Source: Cirrosporium novae-zelandiae (Eukaryota). Taken from it: DNA of 64,000 nucleotides. Shown here piece after piece: positions 1-13,441 of the stretch. The position numbers and the translations under genes are program-made. A model generated the notes under the pieces. That model saw only the letters and a program-made list of their open reading frames with translations, was not told the DNA's origin and did not search any database. The DNA lies in the NCBI GenBank assembly GCA_026023565.1, contig JAPETS010000046.1:1-64000 (forward strand), in the 5' to 3' direction. Within the stretch, counting starts at the first letter, position 1. The number at the start of each line of letters is the position of its first letter.

Positions 1-99
1 CCCCCTCTCCCCCCCCCCCCCCCCCCCCCCCCCCCCAAAACCAAACAGAAACGGGGTAAGTAAGTAGGTATAGATATAGATTAAGTAGATAACCTAGAC

Positions 100-1750
100 A
101 GCTCAAACCCAACTGCCCCCCTGGCTCTTTCTCCTTCTCCTTCTCCTTCCCTACAATCAACAATCCCCAAAAACCAACAAAAATCTACCAAAAAAAACTA
201 CCAAAAAACCATAAGCCTAAAAATCCCCATACACCTATACCTCTACATATAAAGATTTTCGATTCTCAATATCCCCAAACCATACTCAATGTTCAATCCA
301 AAAACCTATATCTAAGTTACACTATGAATTATGAAATTGGTTTGATTTGATTTGAACTAAGTGGGTTGAATACCTAGGTCCTAGGTAGTGAAATAAGTTT
401 TAACAACAAAGAGAGAAAAGGGAAAGGAAAGAGAAAAGAAGAAAAAAAAGAAAAAAAAAGGGAATTCGTATGTCTGCCTGTCTTTCTCGCCGTGCCTCTC
501 TCTCCCTCTTTCCCCGAGTGTCTGAGTATTTTAATAACCTCCCCCCCCCCTCTTTATGTGTGGTATATGTAAATATATAAATAAACTTGATTTTGAACCA
601 ATCTGATCTAATCTGACCTGATATAAATTAATAAAAATAAATAAAACTAACGCTATAGATAGACTAAGAGGTATTAAATAGTTTGAATAAGTTGAATAAT
701 TAAACAAAGAGAGAGAAGGAATTAGGGATTAGGGATTAGGGATTTATTCTACCTACAGTACACCCGTCTTATTCGCTGTTCCTTCTGCTCTCGACCTTTG
801 TAAATTAATAATCTGTGTATGTGTATGTGTATGTGTATATATTATCTGTCTATCCATCTGTCTGTCTGTTTGGGGCTTGTGTATAGTGTATAGTGTATAG
901 TGGATAGTGGATAGTGGATAGTGGATAGTGGATAGTGGATAGTGGATAGTGGAGGTAAGTACCTAGATAGGTTGGGAATAAGTAGTGGTGGTGGTGGATG
1001 GGTAGGTGCGTAGGTGATAGAACTTTTCCATATGGAAAAGGATTATTATACCTATTTACTTTTCTTTTTCTAACCACCTAAAAATCAAATCTATTACCCT
1101 CCCCCTCCCCTTTCTTGTCCTGTATATACCTACAACCTCGATCCCTAAAAAAAAAAAAAAAAAGAACCACTATAAACCTAATTATAAAAGAAGTATATTT
1201 ATTTATTATATTACGACACTTTTGATCTTGATTATTCCCAAAGTATACAAATATACAAATATATAAAAATCTGAATATGAATATGAATAAGAAAATGTGA
1301 AAATATAAGTTTGAACTGATGGGGTACTATAGACTTAAGACTAAGGCTAAGACTAAGGCTATAGATAGATAGGGGTTGAAGAAGAAGGAAAAATTAGCAA
1401 GTTGCCTGCCCGCTTTGCTTTCTTGGTTGGTTGCTCGCCGAGTGCCTGGGTGTTTTAATCATCTCTCTCTGTGTGTGTATGTATGCATATTGTGTAGTGT
1501 AGTGTAGTGGATATTATCTGTCTGTCTGGTTGTGTATAGCGGAAGTAAGGTAAGGTAGGTACCTAGGTAGGTAGGTAGGTAGGTTGGTTGGTTGGGAATA
1601 GGTGGTGGGTGGGTAGGTGATAGAAGAAAGGTAGGTATGATAGTGATCTTCCACATGGAAAAGTTCTAGCCAACTAAAAATCAAACCAAATCCCCCCCTC
1701 CCCACCACCTCCACCTCCATCAATTAAAACCCTACCCTTAGCACAAATTA
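100..1750. repeat. Low-complexity region downstream of SPT16 with microsatellites ((GGATAGT/GTATAGT)n ~890-950, (TTAGGGA)3 ~722-741, (GGTA)n, poly-C, poly-A) and degenerate tandem duplications
   Basis: Recurrent anchors: ATTATCTGTCT (841, ~1513), GGTTGGGAATA (971, ~1590), TTCCAYATGGAAAAG (~1026, ~1649), CTAAAAATCAAA (~1078, ~1674). Confidence 0.75.
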
Positions 1751-1758
1751 AACCTAAC

Positions 1759-4700
1759 CTAACGCTTCCTTTTCCTTCCCCGACTCCGATCTTCATCATC
1801 ATCATCTAACCCCCCTTCCATATCCTTCTTCTTGGCCTTCTTTTCCAACTCATCCCAATCCTCCCCGCCACTTTCATCATCAACATCGCTACCATCCTCG
1901 CTCGCCTCCGCACTAGCATCATCATCGAAATCGCTCTCGTCCTCACTGCTCTCGTCACTTTCCGCCAACTCGCTTTCGCTCATCTCAAAGGCGCTTTCCT
2001 CTTCTTCGGATTCGGCGTCTTCACTGTCAGATTCTGCCGTCAGGAAGGACCAGCCTCCGTCTTTGAAGAATTGATGCGGATCTGCGGTTACCGTTTTCAT
2101 GATCATGGACCAGTTGAGGTTGAGGGGGCCTTCGGTAAAGGGAATGTCGACACTGTCTAGCCACTCCTTGACATTTTCGAGTGATTCCACGGGGATGGTG
2201 TTGATATGTACAGGCGGGCGGTGGTAGTCTTTGAAGACGATGACCATGTCAAAGTTTTTGAGACCAAACTATGCATAAATGTTAGCGTTACATCCAAAGT
2301 AAGCATATTGGATAACTTACCTGAACTCTTTCTAGATGAGCAACTTCAATCTCATTTAGAGTCACCACCGTAAATGGAGGCTCGGTCAGTTGTACCAGGC
2401 AATCCGTTGATGGCTGAACCAACACATTGGATCTGAAGGGCACACCATTAAATGCAAGATCCCTGAATGGAATGTCGACCCCAACACTGTGATCCTTGCC
2501 AGCATCCGCAATTTTATCAGCAAATGCCTTGAATTCTCTGTCAAGAACTCCTCTTCTTCTCCTTTCTTCTTGTTCCGCCTCAAATTCTTCTTCATCGCCA
2601 TATCTGTGCCTGCGTTTGCGATTTCCTGTTTCATCAAACTGCATCTCTGTAGCTTCTCGATAGAACTGAATATCCTTGGTCTTCTTTTTGCCAAGCATAA
2701 TAGGAGTCTTGAGGTGGATGTGAATTATAACAATCAGTTCATGCGCACATGGCTGGAAGAGAAGATGCTTAATATTGCTGAAAAGTATATCAATGCGATG
2801 GTCGAGACGTAGAGGACCCTGGTAACGAATACCATTTTGGTGAATCTCAACTTCTCCAGGTACACGCTTTCCTTCAAGGGCCGGTCGGACGAAGAGATCA
2901 GGTAGACGTTGTGGACGACGGTTTCTGATTTCAATGAGCTTGTCTTGTTCAACAACATCTTCCATTTCCTTCTTCTCCTGTTCACGTCGCACGGCATCTT
3001 TTCTCATATCAGATATAGTTTGAGCAATTTCTTCCATTCTACTCATGTCTTTGGAGCGGAATGTTAAACTTCGCACAAAATGCGCCGAAGCATCCTCAAA
3101 AGGCTGGTCATCTTTCCTACCAACACCTTGACCCGGCGATAAGAAGTTAATTCGTAGATGCGCAAAGTCCCCTTCATTGTTACTGCTGGCATTCTTGATT
3201 GTATTGATATGGAATGGCACTGGCCGACCAAAGATGGGCAATACAACTGTAGAGTTCTTTTGATCAACTACAATCGATAGATCCTTGACACGTGAAGGGA
3301 ATTGGTCTTCTCTTTTGTAAGACTCAAACCGCTTGAACTTTTTCTGAGCAACACCATTCTGGTTCCCGGTTGCTTCGCTGTATAATCGAAGACCTTCTTG
3401 TTGTTTCTTCGAAGCCAACTCCTTTTGATGATCCCTGCGCCTTGCTTCTGCACCCTCGTCTACTTGAGTAGTTCTTTCGGCACGTAACCTTGATTTGGTG
3501 ATATTTTTGGTAGCGATAGCACCAACCTTTGGATCCTTCTTCTCCTTTCTCGGTGCGGGCTGTTCTTCATCATGCTCAAAGAAAAAGGAGACCGAGTCCA
3601 AGTCAAATGGCGCATGCTTGGTGAAAACTGCGGGTTCAGAACTTGGAAGAGTAACTCGAATGGTATCTGCAAGGAACAAAGAATAAGTTGAGCTTCCGTT
3701 TTGAAGGTCGGTAAATCCTGTGGTTATGACCAAAGTCATGCCATCCTTGAGAGTTCTCATATTCTTAGCATTGAGGACTAATGTGCTATCTCGAGTTTCA
3801 ATCCCAACACCAGCACCAATATTTTTGAGGAAATGCCTTTCCAGATCAGGATTCTTAGTCCTGATAATCCCCAGTGCTTTGTTGTAGAGATCTTTGGCCA
3901 CGGCACCATCTCGAGCATCCTTTAGTACTGCCTCGTGAACAGCAAGGAGAAGCTTATAATTGTGTTCTTGTGATTTATTGGGATCCACCAAATATGTTCG
4001 GGCCATAATCGAGGCATAAGTCTTATATCGAAGTCCCATCCCTGCGATGATGATCCCCGGCTTGAGATTATTCCCGTCAGGTTCCGCAGTCAGTTTGAGA
4101 TCATACTTGCCACCACTCTGGATAACTGGCCCATAAGCCCAATCAAGATTCTGATGATCGAAATCGCTTGGTAGTCTTTTGACTTTTGAAAAAAACTTCT
4201 TCTCATCAATTTTGCCATCAATTTTCGCAGCCAGATCCTTGTGGGCGACCTTCTTTTCCTCGTCGAGAATTTCCGACATCTCCTCAACAAAGTACTCGGT
4301 CATGAGGCTGCTGCAAGCGAGTGAAGCATTGCGCATTGCACGCTGAAACCTGTTAGAACTAAATTGCAAAAAGTAATCTCGTACTCACTAATTCTGACTC
4401 GTCCTTCACGGACAAGGCTGCTGTAGACAGAGCTGCGCTAATATCAACTTCCTCCACATCTTTCGATATTTCACCAAATGCCTTTTTCCATTCGTCGGCG
4501 AAAGGTCCTGATGATGTGTCTTTGGCCAGTATACCAACTTTTTTCTGCGAGATGTCAGTCGGTCCAACGCTGACAGGAGGCGAAAACTTACGCCGGCGCT
4601 TTTAATAATATTAAGGCATTTTTCAAATTGTTTGGCATTATGTTCAGGATCTTTGTTGCGGACAAGGATCTCTAGAGGTATCTTGCCACCTTTTTTCAAG

Positions 4701-5116
4701 GGTTCTAAATGTTTTGCTAGATCTAGGAGTTAGGGATCTCCAAGACAAATAATCTGGCGCAGTCCAAGGTACCTTTTTTTGCCGTCGTCACAATGTACAT
4801 GCCCTCGGTAGTTATTACAAATAGGGTCGCAGGGAATTCATAGCCAAGTAGCCAGAACTAGATGATTCAAAATGTTAGTCAAAGGTCTCCAAAACTTCAT
4901 CCAAAGCCACTCGTATTGATATGAATTCCAACTCACATGAACCGCATTGTTCTTTTGAAACTGTGCAGCTTCTTCAGCTTTCCCCATCAAAATCACAATC
5001 GAGCTTGCGCCGTTGAATAACACGTCACCAGAGCGTTTGTCGATCTTCCATTGTCCGACAAAGTGAGAAAGACGCTCCTGAAAGGTTCGACTATCGATCT
5101 TGATCTCGTCCGCCAT
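1759..5116 (-). CDS. SPT16: FACT complex subunit Spt16 (multi-exon)
   Basis: N-terminus [16 protein letters not shown]; peptidase-like domain ([14 protein letters not shown]); [49 protein letters not shown]; acidic tail with [15 protein letters not shown] introns join the ORF pieces. Confidence 0.97.
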
Positions 5117-5844
5117 CCTGATAGATTGTAAATGTAAATCCAATCAGAATGAATAGCGAGCGTTGATCAAGAAATAGGGTTGGATATGGTAGAATGAAAG
5201 GGTGATGGTCAAGAATCAACTCACATTAAGAAAGATGAGAGCTAGTCGGCTACGTGAAGTCGCGTCTCAACGAGATTTGACCAATGTGGTTAGTACCCGT
5301 CCGACGCTTATTATATCAGCCTTTAATGCCTTAGGCACTAAGCTAGTCCTAAAATTTTGACTCGCTTCAAACCATCTAGGGATTCATAAACTCCGCTTTA
5401 AATAATTTTATTAAATTCTGTCATCTTCGTAATAAAGTATTGCAATTATATTATTTTAACGAAAAATATTAAGTAAAGAAATGATTAACGTATTTATATT
5501 CATGATTAAAAATGTAATGTAAGGATTATAATAGGCCAGATAACCATTTTCAGGCAGAGCCAGGCATCAACCTTTTTGCTAAATCATAATGAGCCTCAAG
5601 ATCTTATCATTGGACCAATAAGCCTTTCAGCATTACCCCCCCCCTGTTAATTAGCGTGTACCATCCGACACCAGTTTAGGAGATCCCGAATTTTTGAAGC
5701 TTGGCGTAGTTTGTAGGCACCAGTGCGGAGCGGAGGTCAAGTCCACTGAACCCCGAGCGGGATGATTGCTGATATACTTTCTATACTAGGAATCCTCAGT
5801 TTGAATGGCCACTTATTCTATGATTGCAAGACCAATCCCATCAT

Positions 5845-7217
5845 ATGGAGTCTGCCCCAGATGAGGATCCTACCGACTTTGAAGGAGTTATCTTACCAGC
5901 CCTTCCTTCGAACGAAGTACATCAGAAAAACCCCAAGCAAAATGCCTATACCGGAGTATCCGCTGCCGGAACACGCGCGCTTATCCAACAGATCGTGAGG
6001 TTTTATTTTAGAGCACCAGCAAAATCCTTCTTGCCGAATCGCGTAGAGTATGTGAATTGCAAACTATTCGGGATATGAGCTAATCAGTCTGTTCGAGCAG
6101 CTATCTTGTAAACTATCGACATTCGTCTTCTAAGAGTCAACTGCTGATTGATATTTACTAGACATATGCGAAAGAAATAAACCCGAACGTCTCAAATGGA
6201 CAGGGATGGTCATGGAGAAAGACTACACCCGCCTTGCTTGCTCATGCAGTAAAGACCCAAGGCTGGAGTTTTATACCCAAACAAGTGCTTCCTCCACTAC
6301 TCGCAAATGCTGGGTGAGCCTCCATACCTCCCCTAAGGAGGACACAAGCTCAAAACATATCCCTTAGAGTCGGCTCCATCCTGTACGGTTCATATCTTCA
6401 AGTTCTTAGTCAAGTCTATTCCCCGTCATCCCAAGCTATTAAGGTGACGTATCCACCACCTCCTCCCACCGCGACATTTATTGCAGGGTTTGCAGCTGGA
6501 GGGATTCAATCTTTTGTTGCAGCTCCGCTCGATGCGCTTCAGGTCCGATTCTCCGCCTCTGAAATGTTGGAAGGGCAATACAATAGCATGTGGCAGTATG
6601 GAAAACATAAACTCCAGGAGATCGGACTTAGAGGAGTGTTTGCCGGTTGGAATTTATCATTTATGAAAGACTCGTTGGGATATGGAGCATTCTTTTCGAC
6701 GTTTGAATATGTCAAATCTCAGGCTTATTACAACTTTCTCTCCTACTACTATAGCCCACGGCATCCTCGGTCCCAACGAACAATGGCTCAAGCTTCAGAC
6801 AACGAAATACCGACCATAAAACCCCACTACGCCATCGAACCAACATTTCTCCTCCTTGCCGGTATCTCCGCTGCCTATGCCCAGCAATTGATCTTACATC
6901 CACTTGGTCTCATCCAAACATTCCACTACGATCGCCTCGAATCCCTAGACATACTCAACAAATCTCACTCTCGTGAAATGACCGCGAAAAACTATTACCA
7001 TGCCTACCAAAAAACACTCCAAGAATGTAAATTTCAAGCTCGACGAGCTGGCGGATGGAGAATATGGCTATATAGAAATTTCGCCTTGAATACTATGAGA
7101 CAGATTCCGAGTACGAGTGCGGGATTGATAGTATTTGAACTATTGAGACGTAGGTATGGTGGTGAGCCCGATATAATTAAGATTGAAAAGGATGGTTATG
7201 ACATCTTGCTTTCGTGA
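5845..7217 (+). CDS. Fungal mitochondrial-carrier-like membrane protein (multi-exon, includes a 7-nt microexon at 6101-6107)
   Basis: FIAGFAAGGIQSFVAAPLDALQVRF (carrier Px[DE]xx[KR]-like motif), GLRGVFAGW, FSTFEYVK, HPLGLIQ; spliced frame RVD|YL|TYAKEINP. Confidence 0.8.
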
Positions 7218-9207
7218 AAGCAAGGAACGAGAAGGACCAAACGGAGGATGAATCTCTTTGAGTGGTATTCAATCCCTTGTGAATATTTCTTAGGTTGTTC
7301 TAAACCATAAGAGGTAGCCAGATGTAAGTATATGTATAATAGATACCCATATCTTGTTTTGACTAGCGAGGTTCTAATGGCATGGACATAACATGATGCA
7401 AATGATCAATATCGGGCCACACTATCATATTCTATTCGATCTTAGATGGGCCTTTTCTGGTTCTTCAAATTCCTATTGGTATCCCGATTAACCTTACGCA
7501 TCTAGCTGAAAGTTATGAGTATAGGTTGCGCTGATTTACCTTATTTCCACTCCTGCTCACAGCTGGCTTTCAATACTAATCGGCTACATACCGCAATAGG
7601 TAAGGAGGAAATTCGATGGACGCTACTATGAGGTGTACGCAAAGCTGCTTTGAGGTGGAATCCTATGCCGTTCAAGATCAAATGGTATAATATCTCCGGT
7701 AGGTAGACTAAAGACTTTATTACCTGGCTAACTATAGCCATATCATGGATCAAAAAATATTCAACCTAATTAAAGCTAAGCTGGGACAAAGTTGCGTATA
7801 TTTTCTAGGAGTAGACATACAAGTTTATGTATTCAATGTGGATTTAAATAATAGTTTGAGTGCCTGTCAACGATCCGTCTCCACTATATTACTAATATCG
7901 ATAGCATCGAGCCTCAACTTAAGCGACAAATTAATATCAGCCACCAGCTTAACCGTGCTACCAACAACCATATCAAGCATTGTGTGATAGATGGTTGACC
8001 AAGTCAGTGAGGCATCCATTTCCTTGAGGTGCATCAGCAGGCTATCACATTAATGCGGGTTCTTCTACCACTCCATTGGGCCCATGTGATAAATTTCCAT
8101 TTTTGGGACTTGATGGTTACTTTCCTGGAGCACTTTAGGGCGCCTATGCTCAGGGGTGGCTTAACGTTGACATCGGCGGCTACGTCGGCTTTGCAGAAGA
8201 TGTGCTTATGCGGCCAAGAGATGAAACTGTCATCCGCCAATGGAAATTTAATGCGTACTGGATTGTTGGATTGACCAGTCGTCCAGCAGACTATATCCAT
8301 TTGGACGCTGTCTGACTGGAGGGTTTCCGGCTTATATTGTGCAGCAAAAAGTGATAATGCGTTTCAGACTACCAGGACTGGATTCAAGGTGGGGAATAGT
8401 TCGTCACCAGGACTAGTCTCCTGTATAGTACTACCAGTATAGGTGGAAGAGCTGCCTTTCCATTTGAACCGCTGCACTTTTGATGGATCCGAACCTCGTC
8501 GCGGGATAATGCCAGAATAAACGACTACTTTGTGCCTGAATCTATAAGGGTTAGGAGATTCCTCACAATTATTCCAATATTTCACCGTTTCACTCCTTGA
8601 TGTCTGGCTGTAGAAATCTTAGGCGTTTAGAGATCTCTAATGGGTCTTGAGACGAACCCATCAGTCCAAAATCCTTTGGTCCTTTATAAAATTTCCTGGT
8701 TTCTCCTCCTAGGTTTGTCTGTCTAGTCTGGCTATTACATATCTACTCATCTTCACTAGGCTCGAGTAGGGCATCTTCCAACTACCTATCGAATGAACAC
8801 CTACCTGTGATCATTATGATAACATGAATGCATGCCTTTGATTTTTGCGCCCTAGCCAGCTGAATGAGGTGTCAGCCTTATATCTTAAATTGCGTTCCTT
8901 ACTTCTACATTGATTACTGCGTCTTGATTCGTTGCTGTGGTTATTTTGGACAGCTTCTTGCTCGGTCAAGACCAGAGAAGATAGTGATACTAGTGATAAA
9001 TCCTGAAATAGGAATTCTCGGAAAGATGGGAAGTATGTGTGTTGATACCTACTGACGCTATACCTTCCGTCATAAAAACATTGACCTAAAACCGCTTTAG
9101 TGCCACTATTCCAAATATTTCAACGCTTCTATGCTTACTGCCCCGGTACCATCAGTTATGCTATTGGAAGGATACTATGCACTAAATATTTATTGTTCTA
9201 CTTAAAC

Positions 9208-10630
9208 TTAATTTTTATTTTGACTATCCATTGTCAAACGCTTCATGTCCGCTACGATGGACTCAAACAATGTGTCCATATCCTTTCGCACGGCCTCTTC
9301 GTCAACCCCAACTATCTTAAAATCCCTAACCACTATCCTTCCATCTATAATGACATGCTCGACTGCTGTGCCGTTGCAACCAAACACCAGATGACTTTCT
9401 AACATCTCTTTTCTAGCTTTTGGATCCTTCAATAATGGTGAGAACATCATGTCCTTGGTCAGATCCACCACAATAACATCAGCCTTCTTCCCAACTTGCA
9501 GGACACCAGCGTCGATGCCGAGGGCTTTGGCACCATTGCGTGTCGCCATGCGCAAGATTGTAGAAGCCTGTGTCAAGCTCGGATCCTGATGTTTGGCTCG
9601 CTGCATGAACGAGCCAATCTTCATCAACTCAAACATATCCGTGGAATTATGACATTCGCAAGCGTCGACGCCCATACCAACATTGACTCCAGCAGCCTGT
9701 AAGGCCTGTAAAGGCATTACGCCGTTGCCTAGTTTCGCGTTAGAGCCACCATTATATGAAACAGATGTACCGGTTTTGGCAAATAATGCGATATCCTCGT
9801 CACTGAGATGAACACAATGCGCCGCCACGACATCTGGACCCAGACATCCTGCCTCATAGGCGAGCTGCACTGGCGATTTCCCGTAACGTTTAAGCGTATC
9901 CTGTACCTCTGTTGTGGACTCGGAAAGGTGAATGTGCAGGCCAGTACCTAGCTCCTTCTTCTTGCGTCCAATCTCAGCAAGGAGCTCTGGATTCGATAGG
10001 CAAATCCACTCATGACCCATCCAAACCTTGATACGCCCGGACTCACGACCATTATTACGCTGGTATGCAAGTATATTATCTTCCACCGAGTCGAGTTCGT
10101 GCTCAGGCAGTGCAACGTCGTTGCTAAGCACGGCACGGATACCAGTAGCAGCAGCCGCGTCTGCCAACCCATCCAGGAAACGGTACATGTCGTTGACGGT
10201 AGTTGTCCCAGACTTTAGAGCGGTGCAATATGAGTACAATGCGGCAATGCATGCCGTCTTTGGATTCAAGGCTCGAATAGATGGATACCAGACTTGGTCG
10301 AGAAATTCCCAGAGGGGAAGATTGTCACCATACCCCTAAGAAGCATCAGCCTCAACCGTCTCAGCATCTTAAATGATTGGAGGATTCGTGAATTAACATA
10401 TCTACCTTGGCAACAGATGTATGGAAATGTAAATCCACTAGCCCTGGCATTACCAACTTATCGGTCCCATCAATCGTAGAGTCTACTCTCTTGAGCACCT
10501 CGTCGCTCGGCCTTCCCTCATAGATCTTGGTGATTCGATCATCTTCTATCTCTATTGTACCGGGATAGTAGAACACATCCTTATCATCAAGGGTTAATAT
10601 AGTCGCGTTGTAAATTACTACACGAGACAT
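9208..10630 (-). CDS. Metal-dependent amidohydrolase, MTA/SAH-deaminase / chlorohydrolase-like subfamily (intron 10336-10405)
   Basis: MPGLVDLHFH (HxH), SGTTTVNDMY, LHIHLSE, AAHCVHL, SNAKLGNG, GVD metal Asp, ATRNGAKALG, GKKADVIVVD, VIIDGRIV. Confidence 0.92.
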
Positions 10631-10873
10631 ATTGTTATAATCCTGAATCCGTACACACTAAAGGGCAACTGGCGTTTAATAGATGGACAGGCAACTTTGA
10701 AAAATCCACTGTGAATAAAGAGAGTACAATCTCTGTGCTTGAAATGATGAGGTGAGGTGTACTATCAATGGGAATCCCTCCCTTGTTATTCTCCCGTTAG
10801 TCCAAGAGAACATGAGGGGGAATGATTTCTTTTTCTGCATAATGTATTCAATCCTTGGATTCATGGCTTGAAG

Positions 10874-11192
10874 TAGTCTATACTTTCCCTTTTTAGAAAT
10901 GGGGCACCATCATTACTGGATTATATCACTGTTAGTATGACGAGTTAATCTCAGCTCCCTTCATTTCATGCAATCGGATATATAGCCTGGTTATCAATTA
11001 TCATTTATATTACTTTGAGGCTGATGGTTGACAAGGGTTTACTAGGTACATTCAGCAACGAAGATAGGAGATAGGATAGACCTTTCTCATCAGGAATGGG
11101 CGTACATTTGTTTTATGATAAGTTCTTTATCAGAATCCCAGGGAGTTAAGTGGTTGCATAATTATGCAGGGATAGTATATACTTTCCCTTTT
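10874..11192. promoter_or_regulatory. Two copies of the 20-mer TAGT(C/A)TATACTTTCCCTTTT plus several GATA sites in the amidohydrolase/TF divergent promoter
   Basis: Copies at 10874-10893 and 11173-11192 (1 mismatch); TTATCA/GATAAG/GATAG at ~10991-11175. Confidence 0.5.
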
Positions 11193-11565
11193 GGGAATAG
11201 CCTCGCAGCTCTAATTAATTATCTCTAGACTGCGGAGCACGTGGAGTAATTAAAAGAGTTAAGGTGGACAGTAATAAACTAGAGTATTTATCTAACCTAA
11301 ATAATAGGAAACCAGATTCAATCAGGGATAGTTCAGTAATATATGTCATGATCTCGGTAACTCGATGGAATTTCACCCGGATTGGAAATCATATTTACCT
11401 TCAACTACACTTAACCAAGAGAAAGGAATCTATGGTCTAAAAATGATATTATAGCCACTTCTAGATATCAACCCTATCTCTTCATCTCCGCTATCCTGGA
11501 CTTTCTTCTCCTCCACTTCTGTCTTTCCGTCTATCCTACTTTAGCTATCTGCAGCTAGGTCAACA

Positions 11566-13441
11566 ATGCAGCCATCTGTTGGAAAAACTATTCGCTCCCG
11601 ATCGGGCTGTACTGAATGCAAACGGCGACATCGGAAGTGCGATGAGACCAGACCGGTATGTATCCAGTGCCAGAGCTCTAAAAGGCGCTGCGACTATGGA
11701 CTGCGACTTTCCTGGGGTGGTAGGCCATTCTCCAAGTCTCGATTCGGCGCCTGTATGACGGAGGACTCTTCAATTGTCCGAGTGTCGTTGGATGTCGATG
11801 GTAAGTCTCCAAGCCAATGGCTATCTACTTGCAATAGGTTCATATTCTTAAAGTATCTATAACTAAGGTCGACAGAGGTGCACTCAGCTACCCCCAAGCC
11901 AACGTTTGTATATGGAGTTTTGAATAACAGCCAAAAACCTAGCCTTGAAATTACTGCTTCAAATTGTCCTTCCCAAAGATGTAATGGTCTTTCACCAGTA
12001 TTGCCTTCGTTGTCATTGCCATCTCCACATTCATGTTCACCACTGCAATCAAACTCGTCTCTGTCCTCTGTTTCGTCGTGGTCGTCTCCCCCCCTCCAAG
12101 CATCATCACCTTGGGAGGTACCCAGGGGTCCGAGTTGGATGTCATCACTCCCCCCTTCATGTAGAAGCCTCCTCGATTACTTCCTTGGGGCCATGCAATC
12201 ATTTTCCTGTCATACAATGATCCAATCTGACTTTTGTTCAACCCTAATTCCCATGGCTTTCGAGACACCTTGCCTTCTGGCAACAATTCTTAGTCTTGCA
12301 GCTACTCACCGAAAGGTGGCAGGTCTTGACCAAAGCGATAATCAGCTGGCTCATCTCAGATCCACAAGCCTCAAACAATTTAGAATGGCCCTTTCCAAGC
12401 TCGAAGGTGCTCCAGGCGATGCTATCATGGCAACGGCTTTGACTTTATGTTTAAGTGAGATTGTAGCTGGGGGCAACAAACCAGATTCTTGGAGGTTACA
12501 TCTTGAAGGAGCAGCCACACTCTTCAGCCAAGCCTTTGATAGTGGCTGTGTCAAACCTGGTGCAGCCAATGAGTCGAAATCTAGTGCATTCATTTGGCGG
12601 TGGTTTATCTCGTTTGTTGCCCTGACCAACTTTTGCGGCAAGCCTTCGTTGTCATCAGGTTCGAGGATTGCGCTTCGATTTGTTCGAATGGTACAAGATA
12701 ATTATATCGATGATTTCACTGGCTATTCAACAAAATTAATACCCATTTTTGCAGAAATAGGTCTTTTGGTGATGGAACGGCAGTCTTCGGAAACTGTTAT
12801 TAATGCTGGTGTGTCTCACATCTCGCATACAGCTGGGATTTCAGATTTGATGAGGGAGCGATGCAACCGACTTATCGAAGAAATCCAATCTATGATTCAC
12901 ACAGACACAGGTAAATTTAGAGAGGGGCTCGAGGAAATAATATCGCCTAAATTCCGATGTGATTATATAGCTCTAAACCAAGCATATCATCATGCTGCCC
13001 TATTACATCTTTACCATCGTGTCTTAGAGCTCCCTTCATCATCCCAAGTTATACAGACATCTGTCAAGCAGATCATCACTTGCATTTCGGCAATGGCACT
13101 TCTTCGCGAACCGTGTCCGGGTATTGCGTTGCTTCTACCTCTCTTCTCAGCAGGTTGTGAAGTCATCGATATCGTGGATAGAACACGTGTGACCGAATTG
13201 CTGGGGGTCATGGATCAGTATTACAACGTACGGAATGTACGTCGTTCAATGGAATTTCTCCAAGATCTCTGGATGCATCGAGATATTGAAGGTGACTTGT
13301 ATGGGTATTTGAGATGGGATAAACTTCTTGGTTTGTATCTTCCTTTGTGCCGAACCAACAAACCTTGTAACGGCCCATTAAGAAGTATGGCTAATTGAAC
13401 ATTAAATAGTACAAAAAGGCTTAGATATTATCCCATGGTGA
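11566..13441 (+). CDS. Zn(II)2Cys6 transcription factor with a fungal-specific TF C-terminal domain (3 exons)
   Basis: RSRSGCTECKRRHRKCDETRPVCIQCQSSKRRCDY; LATILSLAATH, WRLHLEGA, LLPLFSAGCE; last exon VQKGLDIIPW*. Confidence 0.93.

Noticed and set aside
721..742. TTAGGG-containing repeats (also ~22718-22733 and CCCTAAATT repeats ~61890-61920) as telomeric sequence
   Set aside because: Units are 7-9 bp, only 2-3 copies, and lie among other microsatellites; not a telomere array
850..1723. Short ORFs in the left low-complexity region (similar ones at 47-49.6 kb and 61.1-62 kb)
   Set aside because: Translations simply mirror simple repeats (e.g. HYPLSTI, NSLNSL)
7541..9055. ORFs 8034-8300 and 8364-8585 as a gene
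   Set aside because: No recognisable motif or convincing splice path; possibly a relic, but unsupported
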